This document shows positions 1 through 11,714 of a DNA stretch of 47,480 nt, in pieces. The position numbers and the translations under genes were made by a program. The notes beneath the pieces are model-generated. The model saw only the letters and a program-made list of their open reading frames with translations, had not been told where the DNA came from and did not search any database. The DNA is from Saprolegnia diclina VS20 (lineage: Eukaryota): the NCBI RefSeq assembly GCF_000281045.1, contig NW_008246138.1, positions 222,734 to 270,213 on the forward strand, written 5' to 3'. How positions within the stretch are numbered: the stretch's first letter is position 1; each line of letters opens with the position of its first letter.

Positions 1-773
1 TGGGTGCTTACGACCGATCGCCGACAATGCACTTTGAGTTTGCCCATTGCTTTCGGATGTCGAGGCGCGTCGTCCGTTGTGCCGTGTGGTAATAGCTACT
101 CGCGATCAACCACAGCAGGTACCGGCATGCGTATCCAGCGGTGATTTCTTTCTTTTTGTAACACATCGGTGGTGGCCTCTCGTTCAACATCTCGGGCGCG
201 TGTGGGAGCTATGTGCGTGGTACTCGAAAACTCAGAACCAAGCGGCAGCTGCCTTTCCGCAGCAGCTGCTTTGCGCTTTGGAGCTTACCCCGAGGGTAAA
301 AACGAGACGCCGGCTCTCTACCTACATTTTCACACATTGCGAGAGATGCACGATGCTTCTTCATCGTCGTCCGCGGGCAAGCGACAGCAATGACGGAGCA
401 TGGTGTCGACCACGATCACCGCCGCCCGTCCTACCTTATACATGTAAAAGCACTCGAGTTCACAAGCCTTTGACGAAGAAGACAAAGAAGAAGAAGACGG
501 CGACCTTGCAGAGGCGATCGAATTCGAACGATGACGGCGACGAAGCCGCCATACGCCCGCCATCTGGCAGCTTCGCCACGTCATGGCCGCCACCCAGCGT
601 GTACATTGTGGGGTTTCTATTTGCGGCCTTTCTGGCGTCCGGGCGCGCCACGTGGCGGGCTGGGTGTTAACCCCATCGGTGGCTACTACGAACCATCTGC
701 CCAAGTGTTGACAAGAAGCCATGTGGCACTGGGCACAGTGGTCGTATTGTGCGCCCACAAGGCGCTACCCAGC

Positions 774-790
774 GGTCATTTTCCATTTCC
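774..790 (+). promoter_or_regulatory. Oomycete INR+FPR core promoter element
   Basis: GGTCATTTTCCATTTCC matches the oomycete YCAYTYY-NCAWTTY consensus and ends about 25 nt before the ATG at 815. Confidence 0.7.
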
Positions 791-814
791 ACCCGCCACC
801 CACATACCCTCAAG

Positions 815-1279
815 ATGGTCGCCAAACCGAGCGACGAGCCGCACCACGACGGCGGCAAGTGCCGCTACAAGACGGGCAAGTGCCTCAACGACCGTTCGTA
901 CAAGCGCAACGGGCAGTTCCACCAGCTCTGCAACTTTCACCGCGAAAAGGCCAACCGCATCCAGCGCAAGTTTGACCGCCAAAAGCGCATCGTGGCCAAG
1001 TCGGCCAAGTCGACCGACAAGAAGACGCTCGGCGAATTGAGCCCGATGACGCACCGCAGCAGCGACGACTTCCTCTCGGACACCGACTCGTGTGGCCGCC
1101 CGTCCACCGACAGCTCGTGCAGTGAAAGCTTCTTCAGCGTCGACGATCTCTGCTGGCAAGAGACCATCAAGATCGAACACACTCTCTGCGCCGAGCCCGT
1201 GCCCGTGCACTCGCCCGAGGCGCACCGTGGCCGCCTCTCGTTCGACGAGCTCGACTTTCTCTGCTCGGCGATCCTCTAA
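815..1279 (+). CDS. Oomycete-type Cys/His-motif (C-x6-C-x15-C-x2-H) protein with basic helix; putative DNA-binding factor
   Basis: Intronless ORF from MVAKP; CRYKTGKCLNDRSYKRNGQFHQLCNFHREKANRIQRKFDRQKR, then a Ser/Asp-rich region and a C-terminal LSFDELDFL; INR just upstream. Confidence 0.75.
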   Translation: MVAKPSDEPHHDGGKCRYKTGKCLNDRSYKRNGQFHQLCNFHREKANRIQRKFDRQKRIVAKSAKSTDKKTLGELSPMTHRSSDDFLSDTDSCGRPSTDSSCSESFFSVDDLCWQETIKIEHTLCAEPVPVHSPEAHRGRLSFDELDFLCSAIL

Positions 1280-1625
1280 CGTCGCTCCGCACCACGTATT
1301 TACATCTACCACACCTCAATCGGAGAAGTGTACCCGTCCTTGTCGTCCACCCGTCGCCGTCCTTGGTCTATATGTCTAACTGCTATTATCCATGTCTCGT
1401 CCATTGTGCTCTTCCAACGACCTCTCTTGCTGTCATGCGCACCCACTCTCCGTGACCTCGGATGGGTGGCAGGAGCTTTCTCGCCCGAGCGGGATGGGCA
1501 CGAAGCACTGCTACTGCTGTGCCAGACACGCGTATGTGTACCAATGCACGGTGCGAACGTGAGTCATCGTTGCTACTACTCTGCGTAAATATTCATCTTT
1601 TTAGTTGAGCAATATAAAATGCTAG

Positions 1626-2771
1626 CTAGCGTTGGAACTCATCGACCGCGGCCAAGGCGAGCAAGACGCCGAGGACGACAATCGAAAAGTCCCGGAACGA
1701 CTGGCGCCACGACGGCGCAACGCGCGGCCGAACGGCAATCTTGGTGTTGGATGTCTGCGCCTTTAGCTGCTGCAGCGCCCGCTGTTTGCGCTGCCAGTTC
1801 GTTGGCGACCCATTGCGGTGCGCCTTCAGCTTGGAAAACGAATTGTACTTGGTCGCAAGTTCCTTGAGCGGGCTCTTCTTGCGCGGGCTGTCGGCCGCCA
1901 TCGCCGGCAGCTCGCACTGAAGCACGTTGAACACAAAGCGCTTGGTCGCGAGCGGTCCGTGGCGCGCCGCCTTCTTGAGCGGACTCGACGGCTCCATGGG
2001 CATCGCCTCTTTGAAGGCTGCGAACGCGCGCCGCTTCTGCGCCATCGAGCGAGCGTACGCGTGCACCTTACTGAACGCTTCGTCGTCTTCATCGTCGTCG
2101 TCGACGTTATCGGTCGAGTCCGAGTGCTGCTCGTTGTGCAATCGGATGAGCCGGCGCAGGTGGCTCGCGACGTCCTCCGGCGCGGGGGTCGAGAGCGTCT
2201 CAATGTAGTCAAAGCCGACGCCGGTCTTGGCGAGCGGCGACGCCGGCCGCACAAGCAGCTCTGTCAGTGACGGCGACGAGCATTTCGCTTTCGGTGCGCG
2301 CCATACGTAGTCGCTCGTCGAGTCGGCGCAGGACTCGGCGTAGTCAAAGGTTGGGTCGGTCTCGTCCAGGTCCACGATCTCGTTGACGCACGCCAGAATA
2401 AAGTCGCGGCAGTGGTGGACGTTAAAGCTTTTTTTCACCCGCCCGCTGCTCGACGCAACCGGCTTGCGGCCCTCGGCCTCGTTGAGCTGCGCGAGGAACG
2501 CGCGCCGCATCGTGTCTTGCTCGAGCGGCTGCGACGCGACCGCGTCGACCACGGACGCGACGAAGTCGACCATCGAGTCGTCGCGCTCGAGCAGTGCAAC
2601 CACCTGGCGCAAAAGCTTGGTGCGCAGTTGGTCGGCGCTCAGCGGATCCTCGCTCGACACTTGGCCGATCGGTTGCGCGTCCATGAGCCCAAACTTGGCG
2701 CGCATCGCCTTCTTGAGCGGACTCCGCGGCGCGCTGCTCTGCACTTTGCTGGACGACCGAATGGACGTCAT
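1626..2771 (-). CDS. Hypothetical protein with many SP sites and a C-terminal hydrophobic segment (possible tail anchor)
   Basis: Long ORF from MTSIRSS with GC3-biased codons; repeated SPLKK/SPLKE/SPLAK; C-terminal FSIVVLGVLLALAAV. Confidence 0.7.
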   Translation of the reverse strand: MTSIRSSSKVQSSAPRSPLKKAMRAKFGLMDAQPIGQVSSEDPLSADQLRTKLLRQVVALLERDDSMVDFVASVVDAVASQPLEQDTMRRAFLAQLNEAEGRKPVASSSGRVKKSFNVHHCRDFILACVNEIVDLDETDPTFDYAESCADSTSDYVWRAPKAKCSSPSLTELLVRPASPLAKTGVGFDYIETLSTPAPEDVASHLRRLIRLHNEQHSDSTDNVDDDDEDDEAFSKVHAYARSMAQKRRAFAAFKEAMPMEPSSPLKKAARHGPLATKRFVFNVLQCELPAMAADSPRKKSPLKELATKYNSFSKLKAHRNGSPTNWQRKQRALQQLKAQTSNTKIAVRPRVAPSWRQSFRDFSIVVLGVLLALAAVDEFQR

Positions 2772-3145
2772 CGTGGAAATCGGATAATGCTGTCTCCACA
2801 ATACCGTTCCCGTCCTCGAGCAACGCTCGTCCTAACGGCGGCGGGTTGCCGCCATCGCGGCCGTTGACAACCATGGTGCACCCAACATGTGGAACGCGTG
2901 ACAAAAAAGGGTACAGCGAGCAAGCACTGCTTGCCCCAGCTGAAGAATGGCTTCGAATGAGCTTACGTAGTAATATTACCTCCAGCAAGCCACTCGAACG
3001 ATGTGTGTCGGTAGCCGTAGACGAGGATCGGTTTGTGCAACTCGCGCGTCCGAATATCCATCGCCAACTCTCTGGGATATCAGAACGTAGTTTTTGTCCT
3101 TTTTTTGTCCCGTCGTAAAAATATCTGCGCAATCAGATCGCGAGG

Positions 3146-4050
3146 ATGGTCGAGGGCACAGGTCTCGAGAGCAACCTCGCGGCCATCGGCGGCGGCGGAT
3201 GCTCGACGCTGGACCTCATGAAGCGGCTCGAGAAGCCGTCGGTGCCACTGCAAGTGCTCTCGGAGATGGAGCACATCCTCCACAGCGATAAGCTCCACCG
3301 GCAGCTGCAGCGCGTACGTTGGACGACGCGCGGAAGGTACCCACCTTCGTTCTTCATAGGCGCGGCGCGGCGACGCGCTGATTGCAGACATCACCAAGCT
3401 CGGTGACGTCGAGGAGGCTCGTAAGAAGCTTCGCCCGGTCTTCGTACCCGACAAGCCCCAAGTCGTACGTAGCTTCCGAGACTTCAACCTGCAACGAAAA
3501 ACGACCCGTGCATGCGTAGCGCACACTACGGGCAAGTCGGCTTCTGGGGCCAGAGAACAACAAGAAGATCATTACGTCGCTCGTGCGCCCTCTGCCGTCA
3601 ACGCGCGGCCCCCCGTCTGACGCCACGCTCGCGCCGATGAGCTTCCCGCCAAGCGCGTCGGCGCCGGTGCTGCCCACGGTGCAGTTGACGGCAGCAGAGA
3701 AGGAGCTCGCGGCGCTCAAGGGCACGCGGATAGCGCTCGAGCACGATTTGCTGCACGTGACCAAACAGCTGTACCACAAGTACGAAAAGCAGGTGTTTCC
3801 GGGCGCGCACAGCAAGGGCGCCACGTACCAGTCGCTGAGCAAGCGCTGGGCCGCGCCGACGCTCTCGGACAGCGACAAGTACGCTGCGTACATGGACGGC
3901 CGGTACGCGACGCGCAACGACCTCGAGTTTTACAAGAAGGCACCGCCGCCCAAAGACGAGTCCAACAGCTTCCACCGCAAGCACAAGCAGCACACCAAGT
4001 ACGGCGACTCGCTCGCCTTTGCCAAGCACAGTCTGCGTGGCACGTTCTAG
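3146..4050 (+). CDS. Hypothetical protein (3 exons)
   Basis: ORFs 3146.. and 3583..4050 join through two short GTACGT...TAG introns (about 3314-3359 and 3465-3519); coding-like codon usage. Confidence 0.65.
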
Positions 4051-4111
4051 CACGTGTCGGAACAAAGAATTCTTGATCGGCTACCACCTGTTGCGATATA
4101 ACGGGGTGGTA

Positions 4112-4743
4112 TTAGCGGTAAAAGGCGCCGATCCTATCGTTCTCGAGAAGCGACTTGACGCGAAAGTCGGCCTTGGAGTGCGTGGGCACGGCCGGGGAGA
4201 AGGACACATGCTCGGCAAAGCGGGGCGACAGCATGCGCGCGACGTTCATCGCTTCGATGGACGACGGCTGGTTCAAGATGAGTAGTTCGACCCCGTCGTC
4301 CTACACATGTCGTAGTACGTTAGTGTGGGAGACGACATCGAACGGGTACGAGGGTCTTGAGAGCGAGCTGGCGCCGCGCCTGGATTCGCTGCGCAGCGAC
4401 TTTAGCACCCTGCGCCATCATCTAGCAGTTTTAAGGTTAGAGCTGAGAGTGCAGAGCAAGCGCCCACCTCGTGCGCGCGTTGCCGCTTGCTCTCTTCGTC
4501 CGCACGCTCTTGCTTCTTGAGGACCATTTCCTGCACAATGCGCAGCTTGATGCGCTGTTGGCATTTGGCTTGCTACAACGATGAGCCGGAATGATCAGTC
4601 GTACTGCATCAGGGTGGCGACATACCGGGCTAGCGGCCAGCTAAGGTGGTGTCAGTCGTCAGTCGCCAAGAAGGGCCTTTTACCTCGGACGGCGTCGCGG
4701 CAACCGACTTGCGCGGCGACGGGCGCGATGGACTCTCGCTCAT
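4112..4743 (-). CDS. Hypothetical 146-aa protein, 5 exons including a 15-nt microexon
   Basis: Exons 4684-4743, 4626-4640, 4468-4572, 4350-4421 and 4112-4300 splice in frame via four phase-0 GT-AG introns: MSESPSRP...LAASP-QAKCQQRIKL...MMAQGAK...DDGVELL...GAFYR*. Absent from the ORF track. Confidence 0.7.
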
Positions 4744-4797
4744 GGAAAGCCGCGGCTGTAGTTATAGTCAACGAGTATATTTGGCGCTGCGTTACGC

Positions 4798-5658
4798 TTA
4801 TCGATCGGGCTGGAAAAAGTCGGCGACGAGCTCGGCGCTGACCTTGTCGAGCACCGTGCGGCGGAGGAGGTCCTTGGCCGACGCTTGCATCACGTTGGCA
4901 ATCGATCCTAATCCCTCGTTGCATCGCTTTGCATGCCATTCATGAACGCACCAAAGATGTCGAGGAGCATGTCGCAGTCGTCGTCCGAGAGGAAATGCAA
5001 ATTGGCCGCGAGGATGCCCCGCTCGTGCTCCTTGGAGAGCTGCTGGTCGCTCAACTAGAGGCCACCATCATGTGGATGCAACCTCAAGGTCCGATCACTT
5101 TGTCAAAGAAGGTTCGCGCGCGTGCTGCAGCCGCATATTGATGCTTTTCCCGAATGTTGAGGATCGCTCGGAACGCCGAGTCGATCGAGGATGCAGGGAA
5201 GATGCAAAGCTTTGCGGGGGGCCGTGGCGCCATGAGGAGCGTCTGGACCTGCCGGTGGAGCCGCGGAGGCATCGTCGCGGGGAAGAGCTGGATCGCATAC
5301 ACCAGCGGAAAGGTGGCCGTGGCCGTCGCAACCGTAGCTTCGATCTCTTCGATCGTATCTCGCGCTGTGAGCAGGAGGAAGGGGATCGCGGGGGCGACGC
5401 CCGGCCGCGCGCAGAGCAGCACGTCGACGGGGCTCGTCGCCATGGTCTGACAGCGGAAGTCATCGCGGGCCTTGAAGAGGTCGAGGAGCATCCCGGTCTT
5501 GACGCTGGTCTTAGCGAGGAGCACCTGCACTACACAGCAGGAGGTCCATCGTCATGCGCTTCCTCCTTCGCCTCATGGAGCATCCTCTTCCTACTTGATC
5601 ACCGAGAAGAAACGCAATGAAGCTTCGCGTCCGCGGATACGTCGTTCCGCGATGACAT
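4798..5658 (-). CDS. ERCC1-like (PARTING DANCERS/SPO16-like) protein with C-terminal HhH2
   Basis: Exon VLLAKTSVKTG...TFFDK splices to LSDQQL...DMLLDIFG and SIANVMQASAKDLLRRTVLDKVSAELVADFFQPDR*. The GSI..ASxxDLL..T.L...A..V..FF pattern is typical of the PTD/FAAP24/ERCC1 HhH2. The 5' exon is uncertain. Confidence 0.62.
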
Positions 5659-5788
5659 TGGCCAAAAGAGGCCGTATTTTGTGGAATAAATGCGTATGAT
5701 TAGTCACGACGTTTGATTTTTATGGGTTTCGACCAATCGTATCGCGGCCGCATGGACACTACAACTTTTTAGCACCATTTATTTTGCC

Positions 5789-7062
5789 ATGTTGTCCCGC
5801 TTGGTGTCGACGGCCGTGGTCCGCTCCCGCGGGGCCGCGCGCCTGTACGCGTCCGTGGCCGCGGAAGCAGGTACGCCGACCAAGCTGGTGCTGCGCGAGA
5901 TGAAGGCGGTGCCCCGCGAGATGCGCCGCCAGCTGCGGCTCGAGGCCGAGGCGTCGTCGAGCCCGCTCACCAAGAACAACAAGACGCCCGTGTCGCGCCT
6001 CGTGCTCCGCACGCTCTTTGGCGCGACGGGCTTGGCTGCCGCCGGGTGGCACCTCTACCTCTCGGAGGAGACGAAGGCCGACATTTCGAAGCGCGTCAAC
6101 GACTCGTTTGTGGGCGCGATCGCCGACTACATCCTGGCGCAGATCCAAGAAATGGCCCGTCCGTTCACCAAGCCGTCGCGCGACAAGCTGCTGCCGGACT
6201 GGCCCATGATCAACCGTGGCGTGCCAGAAGGCTACCCGCAAATCCCGGTCCTCGTCCTCGGCGTCGAAGACGTCTTGCTGCATTCCGAGTGGGACGTACG
6301 TCATCGTTTATTTGCGTGCCCATCGTCTCATGGTCTTGTAGCGCAAGTATGGTTGGCGCCATGCCAAGCGTCCGCACGTCGACGAGTTCCTCGAGACGCT
6401 CGCGCGGGTACATGCATCTCCTTATCGCCTGGGGTGGATGACACGATCGCCGTCTAGTACTACGAGATTGTGCTCTTCTCGAGCGAGCCGCGCATGATGG
6501 TCGAAGAAGTGCTGGCGCGCCTCGACAGCAAGGTAGACGCTGCCACGCATGTCGCGTCTTCTCATACACGCATGTAGCAATGCGCGTTCCACTACTTGAC
6601 GCGCGAAGAGACGCACTTTTTCAACGGGACGCACGTCAAGGTAGTCGCCTCCTCTGGTGGTTGCTCAGTTCTGAGGTGGAATAGGATCTCAACCCGATGA
6701 ACCGCGATTTGCGCAAGATCATCGTCGTCGACCACAACCCGGAAAACTTCCAGCTGCACATGGGCAACGGCATCACGATTCCGGCGTACCTCGACGGCGC
6801 GGACCGCTCGGACCGCGTGCTCAAAGACCTCATCCCGTTCTTCGAGACGCTCGGGAAGGAGAACGTCAGCGATGTGACCAAGATCCTCGCCGAGTTTGCC
6901 GACGCGGACGGCGTCGTGCGCGACGTCGGGCCCAAGTGGAACGCCAAGCTCGCGGCCCTCGAAGAGAAGAAGCGCATGAACGAGCAAAAGGGCTTTGGCG
7001 GCTTTGTGCGCGGCCGCATGTCGACGCGCGCGTCGTCGCCGTCGCTTTCGTTCAAAAACTAA
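5789..7062 (+). CDS. TIM50: Mitochondrial import inner membrane translocase subunit TIM50
   Basis: Arg-rich presequence MLSRLVSTAVVRSRGAARLY, one TM, KPSRDKLLPD, LVLGVEDVLLHSEWD-RKYGWRHAKRP, YEIVLFS, HVKDLNPMNRDLRKIIVVD (NIF/FCP-like domain); four short introns. Confidence 0.93.
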
Positions 7063-7091
7063 ATCCGAGAATATTGCGTCGTCTTATCCAA

Positions 7092-10000
7092 CTACCACGA
7101 CCCGAGCACGTGCGTCATTATGTCCTAGACCAAAGGGATAAGCATATTTCGAGAAACGACGGTTCGCACCTCGACAAAGGCTTGCTGCTGCGACGGCGCC
7201 ACGTCGATGGCTTGCACGTGGTGCAACAGCGATCTCCGGAGCTTCTCGCCCTTGGTCGTCTAGACCATGGTAAGAATACACCAGCACGAGACGACAATGG
7301 CTCACCCGCTGCCACGCGTGGGCCCAGCGCGTCCGACGCGGAAACGACTTGTAGTACGCAAGGAGCCGGATGACTTGCTCGACGCAGCCACGGATGCTCT
7401 CGCCGTATCCGGTGCGGAGGCGCTGCAGCACGTTGGGACTCGCCGACGCGTCCGGAGCCGCGATCGCACGTGGCTTGTACCGGCGCGTCTTGGCCGCGAG
7501 CTCAAAGGGAAAGTACATGAGCGGCGCTTTCGAGCGGCCGTTGATCTTTTCGCCGCGCACGTGAAAGTAGCGAAAGAGGCCGACCGGGTCCATGCGCTTG
7601 GCGTCGTACGTGCCGACGATGAGCCCCACGAACGGGTGCGCGTGCGCCATCTCGTTGAAGAGCTCTTGGTGGCTCGCTTGGTTCTCAATGTCGCGGATCG
7701 ACGGGTCCGGCGCAAACGTCGGGTGCGAGTGGTACCACCCAACGACGTCCAAGTGCGACTCTTCAATGAGCTGGCGCACCTCGAGCTCGCTCGCCGGGTC
7801 CATCTCGACGTCGGTCGCGCCGTCGTCGCCCTCGATCTGCATCGAGCGGCACGGGAACGCGGCGTGGATGTACACGACGTTGGCTTCGCGGTCAAACTTG
7901 CCGCCAAAGTAGCCAATGATCTCGCACATGGCCAAGTGCGCGTGGAGGTCGCACACAAAGGCCACGTCCGGGTGCACGCAGACGCGGAACGGCTGCTGCG
8001 GCCGTTTGTCGTGCGTCGCGTGCGGCGTCGCGTACTGCGCGCACTCGACCATCATGTGCGGGTCCAGCGCGTTCCCCGCGAGAAAGTTCTGCCGCAGCTG
8101 GCTGTGCTGCACCGAACGCTACGCAAATCCTTGTAAAATCCATGAAAATCACAGGCAAAACGTACGACGTTGCGGCGACCGCGCGTCGGCAGCTCGTCGA
8201 CAAAGTGGCGCACTTCGGGCTCTTCCGAGTCGGTAAAGACCGTGTGGTCCCAGACAAACTCGCGCCGGCACGCATACGTCGTCGTCGCTGGGTCGTTCCA
8301 CAACATCGAGAGCGGCGTCATGAGCGCATCGACGTCATTCGCCGTGTCGGCAGCCGACTCGGACTCGTCCACGAACGAGTGGTCGTGCTGGCACGACGCG
8401 TAGACAACCTCTTCAAACGCGTCATCGTCGTCGTCGTCGTCGACGTACACCTCCTTGACGCGCTTGGGCTTGGCCTTGGACTTGGGCTTCTTCCGAGACT
8501 TGGTGCTGCGAAAGTCGTCCGACTCGGAGCTGGTCGAGTACTCGAGCTACTCGGCCATCGCAGCATAAGATAAAAGATAACTTGTGTCGAGCTACCGTCT
8601 TGGCTTTTTTGGCTGGTTTGGCTGGTCGTCGGACGGGTTTCGCCGCCGCTTTGGCCTGCAACAGAGATTTGTGTGAAGGAGGAGGTTGCAGATAGTGAGA
8701 GCGCACCTTGGACGCCTTCTTGGCCGTCGCTTTTGTTGGCGCTTTCGAGTCATAAGGCGTCTCGACGTCAATCTCAATGACTACAGGCGACGCGGGCATT
8801 CGGACCGTAGGCTCCTCGACGACCAATTCGTTGACGATCGCCTTCGAGTCAAAGGGCTCGATCACCTCCGAGTCAACGCTCTCGGGCTCGATCACTTCTA
8901 AGACAACGCTCTCGGGCTCGATCACCGTCATCTGGGCATTGGGAGCACCCAGCTCGACCGGGGTCGGTACCACTGGCGAGATCTGCTCCGCGGCGGCCAT
9001 CGGCGAGCTCGGCTGGACCGCAATTTCGGTCGGCGCGGCTGGTGGAGCGGTCGAAACCTCGGACTCAAGGTCGACGACTTGAGCACAAGGCTCCTGCTCT
9101 GCCAGAGTAACTTTGGTGTCCACAGCACATATCTGTTGTTCGAGAAGAACGGTCTCTGGCTCGACCACGTCAAGTTGCACAAGTGGCTCGACCGCCTGGA
9201 TCGGAGCCGCAGCGAGGACGGGCTGGGCTTTGGTCTCTGGCTCGACCACGCTGACCGGGATTTCTGCCAGGGAGGGCTCGACAACTGTCTCTGGCTTAAT
9301 TGCTGCCAACTTGGATTCTGGCGGCTCGACCTCCTCGACGGAGGGCTCTAGTGCAGCCTTCTCAACCAGTGGTTTTCGCTCGACCACCTCGTCCTCCGTC
9401 ATTGCAACCGGCTCGGCCACGGCAACGATGGGCTCTGGCACGACCGTCGCGTCTGGCTCAACTTCCTTGACCGAGGACTCTGGCTCAACTTCCTTGACGG
9501 AGGACTCTGGCTCAACTTCCTTGACGGAGGACTCTGGCTCGACCATCGCGCTTGAGGTCGCAGCATCGACAGTGTAGGCTTCGGTTGCTGGCTCGACCAA
9601 CGCGTCCGAGGTCTCGGACGCATCCACGATGACAGAGGTCTCTGGATGGACCGCCGCCACAATGGGCTTCAACTCGCCCGTCGAAACTGGAGCCACCGAA
9701 GGTTCGACGCCTTCGGCTGCGGTCTCTGGCTCGAGCGCTTCGACAGTGTCGACAACTGGAACCAGCCCTTGCAACGGGGTCGCAGGCTGGTTGAGAGACA
9801 TCGCGGCGCCCTTCTCCAGCGCGACGCCTGTCGCCAAAGCAGCCAGCGGAGCGACGTCACCCGCAATTTGTGTGCTGTCCGGCGTCACGACAGCATCAAC
9901 AGGCTCGTTCTCTGCGCTTTTCTGGACGAAAGCTCTCCTTGCGCTGGCGCGGATCGCTGTGGCGTCTGTGGAGCGCGTCTCCGCTGCTGGGTCGGCATCG

Positions 10001-11714
10001 ACGGTCGAGATGGAGAGGTCCTACTCCCAGCAGCCATGGATTGATTCATGGAAACGCGCTGCAAGGCTCGTACATGTGGCTTGCGGGCTTTTGGGGTCGC
10101 TGGCTTTGGTCGGTCGTCGCGTGGCTTGCTCTACTTCGACAGTTTATCGAGCTCGGCGCTGCGTTGTGCGAACCTTTCGCCGTACTCGGGTCGGCAAGGA
10201 TGCATCATGGGACTCGGTCTTTAGAGTCTTTGGGGCAGAGGTTGGTGACGCACTCTTCGTCGTCAGCGGCGGCTCCTACGCAGAGCGTTGGTCGAGCCCA
10301 AGACGCCACGGCGTACGCGCACGGGGGCCTCGCTCAGCAGCACAATCGATCCGTGCTACAGCAGAGGTTACGGGCCGAACGGCGCACAGAAGGTAGGTAC
10401 CCGTGGTAGAATCTTGCGCGCCGTCTTCTTCTACACACGCATCACGATGAGCATTCGGGCTCGTGCGGTGGAGCGTACGGGAGGAGGTTGCGGCTGCAGC
10501 AACGCGCCCAAGGCGACGGGCGTGTACACCACGCCAGACGGCACTTTGGCGGCTGCTGGCATCTACAGCATTTCTCGTATCCTCGCACATATCGACACGA
10601 CGTACCTCTTGACGGACAGCCTTCTTTTCGCGGGACCGCGGAGGGGATTTCGCCTCGGTGGGTTTTGAAGCCGCTTTCTTTGGGGGCGGCTTGGTCTCTT
10701 CCTCGTTCGCCCCTCCATCCGCAGCCATCTACAGCGATAATATAGACTGCGAGACGCGAGGAACGGCGTACTCGTCTTCGAGGGACGGCTGGGTTTGGTA
10801 TCGTGGCCTTGTCGCGAGCCTACATTTGAGAGGTCCAACCACAGCCCACACACGTAATAAGAACGCACCGTCATCTTCTTGTCGGCGGACCCCTCTCTTT
10901 TGGCACCCTTCCGCTGCAGCGTCTCGGGGCGTACCGAAGATGGCGGTGGCACCTCGACCTCCGAGCTGTCGCTTTGCAGCTTTTTCTTCTTCGCAGCCGA
11001 TGCTAAGAGCATGCATGAGCGAGCGCGATTGCCGACCGTCACGTACGTTTTCGTGATGGCGCAGGGCGCTCCCGCTTCACTCGCTGCGCCGGCGGTGGCT
11101 TCGGAGCGTCGGCCACTTGAACGGTCTCGCTCTGGGGCGCGGAGGAGACAGCCAAACGCTCGGCGTCGCCTAGGTTGCGATTGCAGACGTGGGTCTTGGA
11201 AGGGTGTATACCAGTCTCGTTATTGGCCACGCGCTGCTTCTTCGCTGGCTTACTCTCGAGAGCAAGCTCGTCCACGGCGTCGTAGGCGGCCTCGTCCACG
11301 GCATTGTCCTCGCGAATGGCTTCGTACTCTTCGAGGCTCCACTCTGCTCGCTACACGCTTGGCGGATCATATCATCGTCCGCAGGAAGAATTCCCGTACC
11401 GTGCTCAGCATGAACTGCGCATTCGCGATCGCGCGCGCCAGCTTGGGCTTGTGGTGTTTGGCCACGAGAAGTAGGTCGTTGGCGTTGTACGTATCGAAGG
11501 CCACGATGTTGCTGCGGCTGATGCTTGAGAACTCGAATGAGTCAAGAAAGCACACGATCGGCGTCGCGCTCGTCGGCGGCTTGAGCTTGGGTATTGGCAG
11601 GTTGTGGGCCTCGAGCGCCTCGAAGGACGTGAAGAGCATGGCCGGCCACCACGGGTATGACGACATGCGCGCCCAGACCACGTCGCCGTCCTGGAGCGCG
11701 ACCTCCAAGCTCAT
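7092..11714 (-). CDS. PWWP + acidic low-complexity linker + MPN+/JAMM (MPND/MYSM1-like) protein
   Basis: N-terminal GDVVWARMSSYPWWPA (PWWP); short exons lead into the 8422-9888 VEPE-rich ORF; C-terminal QPFRVCV...DLHAHLAMCEIIGYFGG...GWYHSHPTFAPDPSIRD (intact JAMM) and an MPND-like tail ending VLGSW*. I traced the splicing from about 10560 to the stop; the 10.6-11.4 kb exons are less certain. Confidence 0.75.
9452..9540. repeat. Coding 27-bp minisatellite, about 3.3 copies (VEPESSVKE)
   Basis: TCTGGCTCAACTTCCTTGAC(C/G)GAGGAC at 9452, 9479 and 9506, plus a partial copy at 9533. Confidence 0.95.

Noticed and set aside
47..670. 207-aa ORF with a KKTKKKK run
   Set aside because: No clear coding bias or domain; lies upstream of the INR of the gene at 815.
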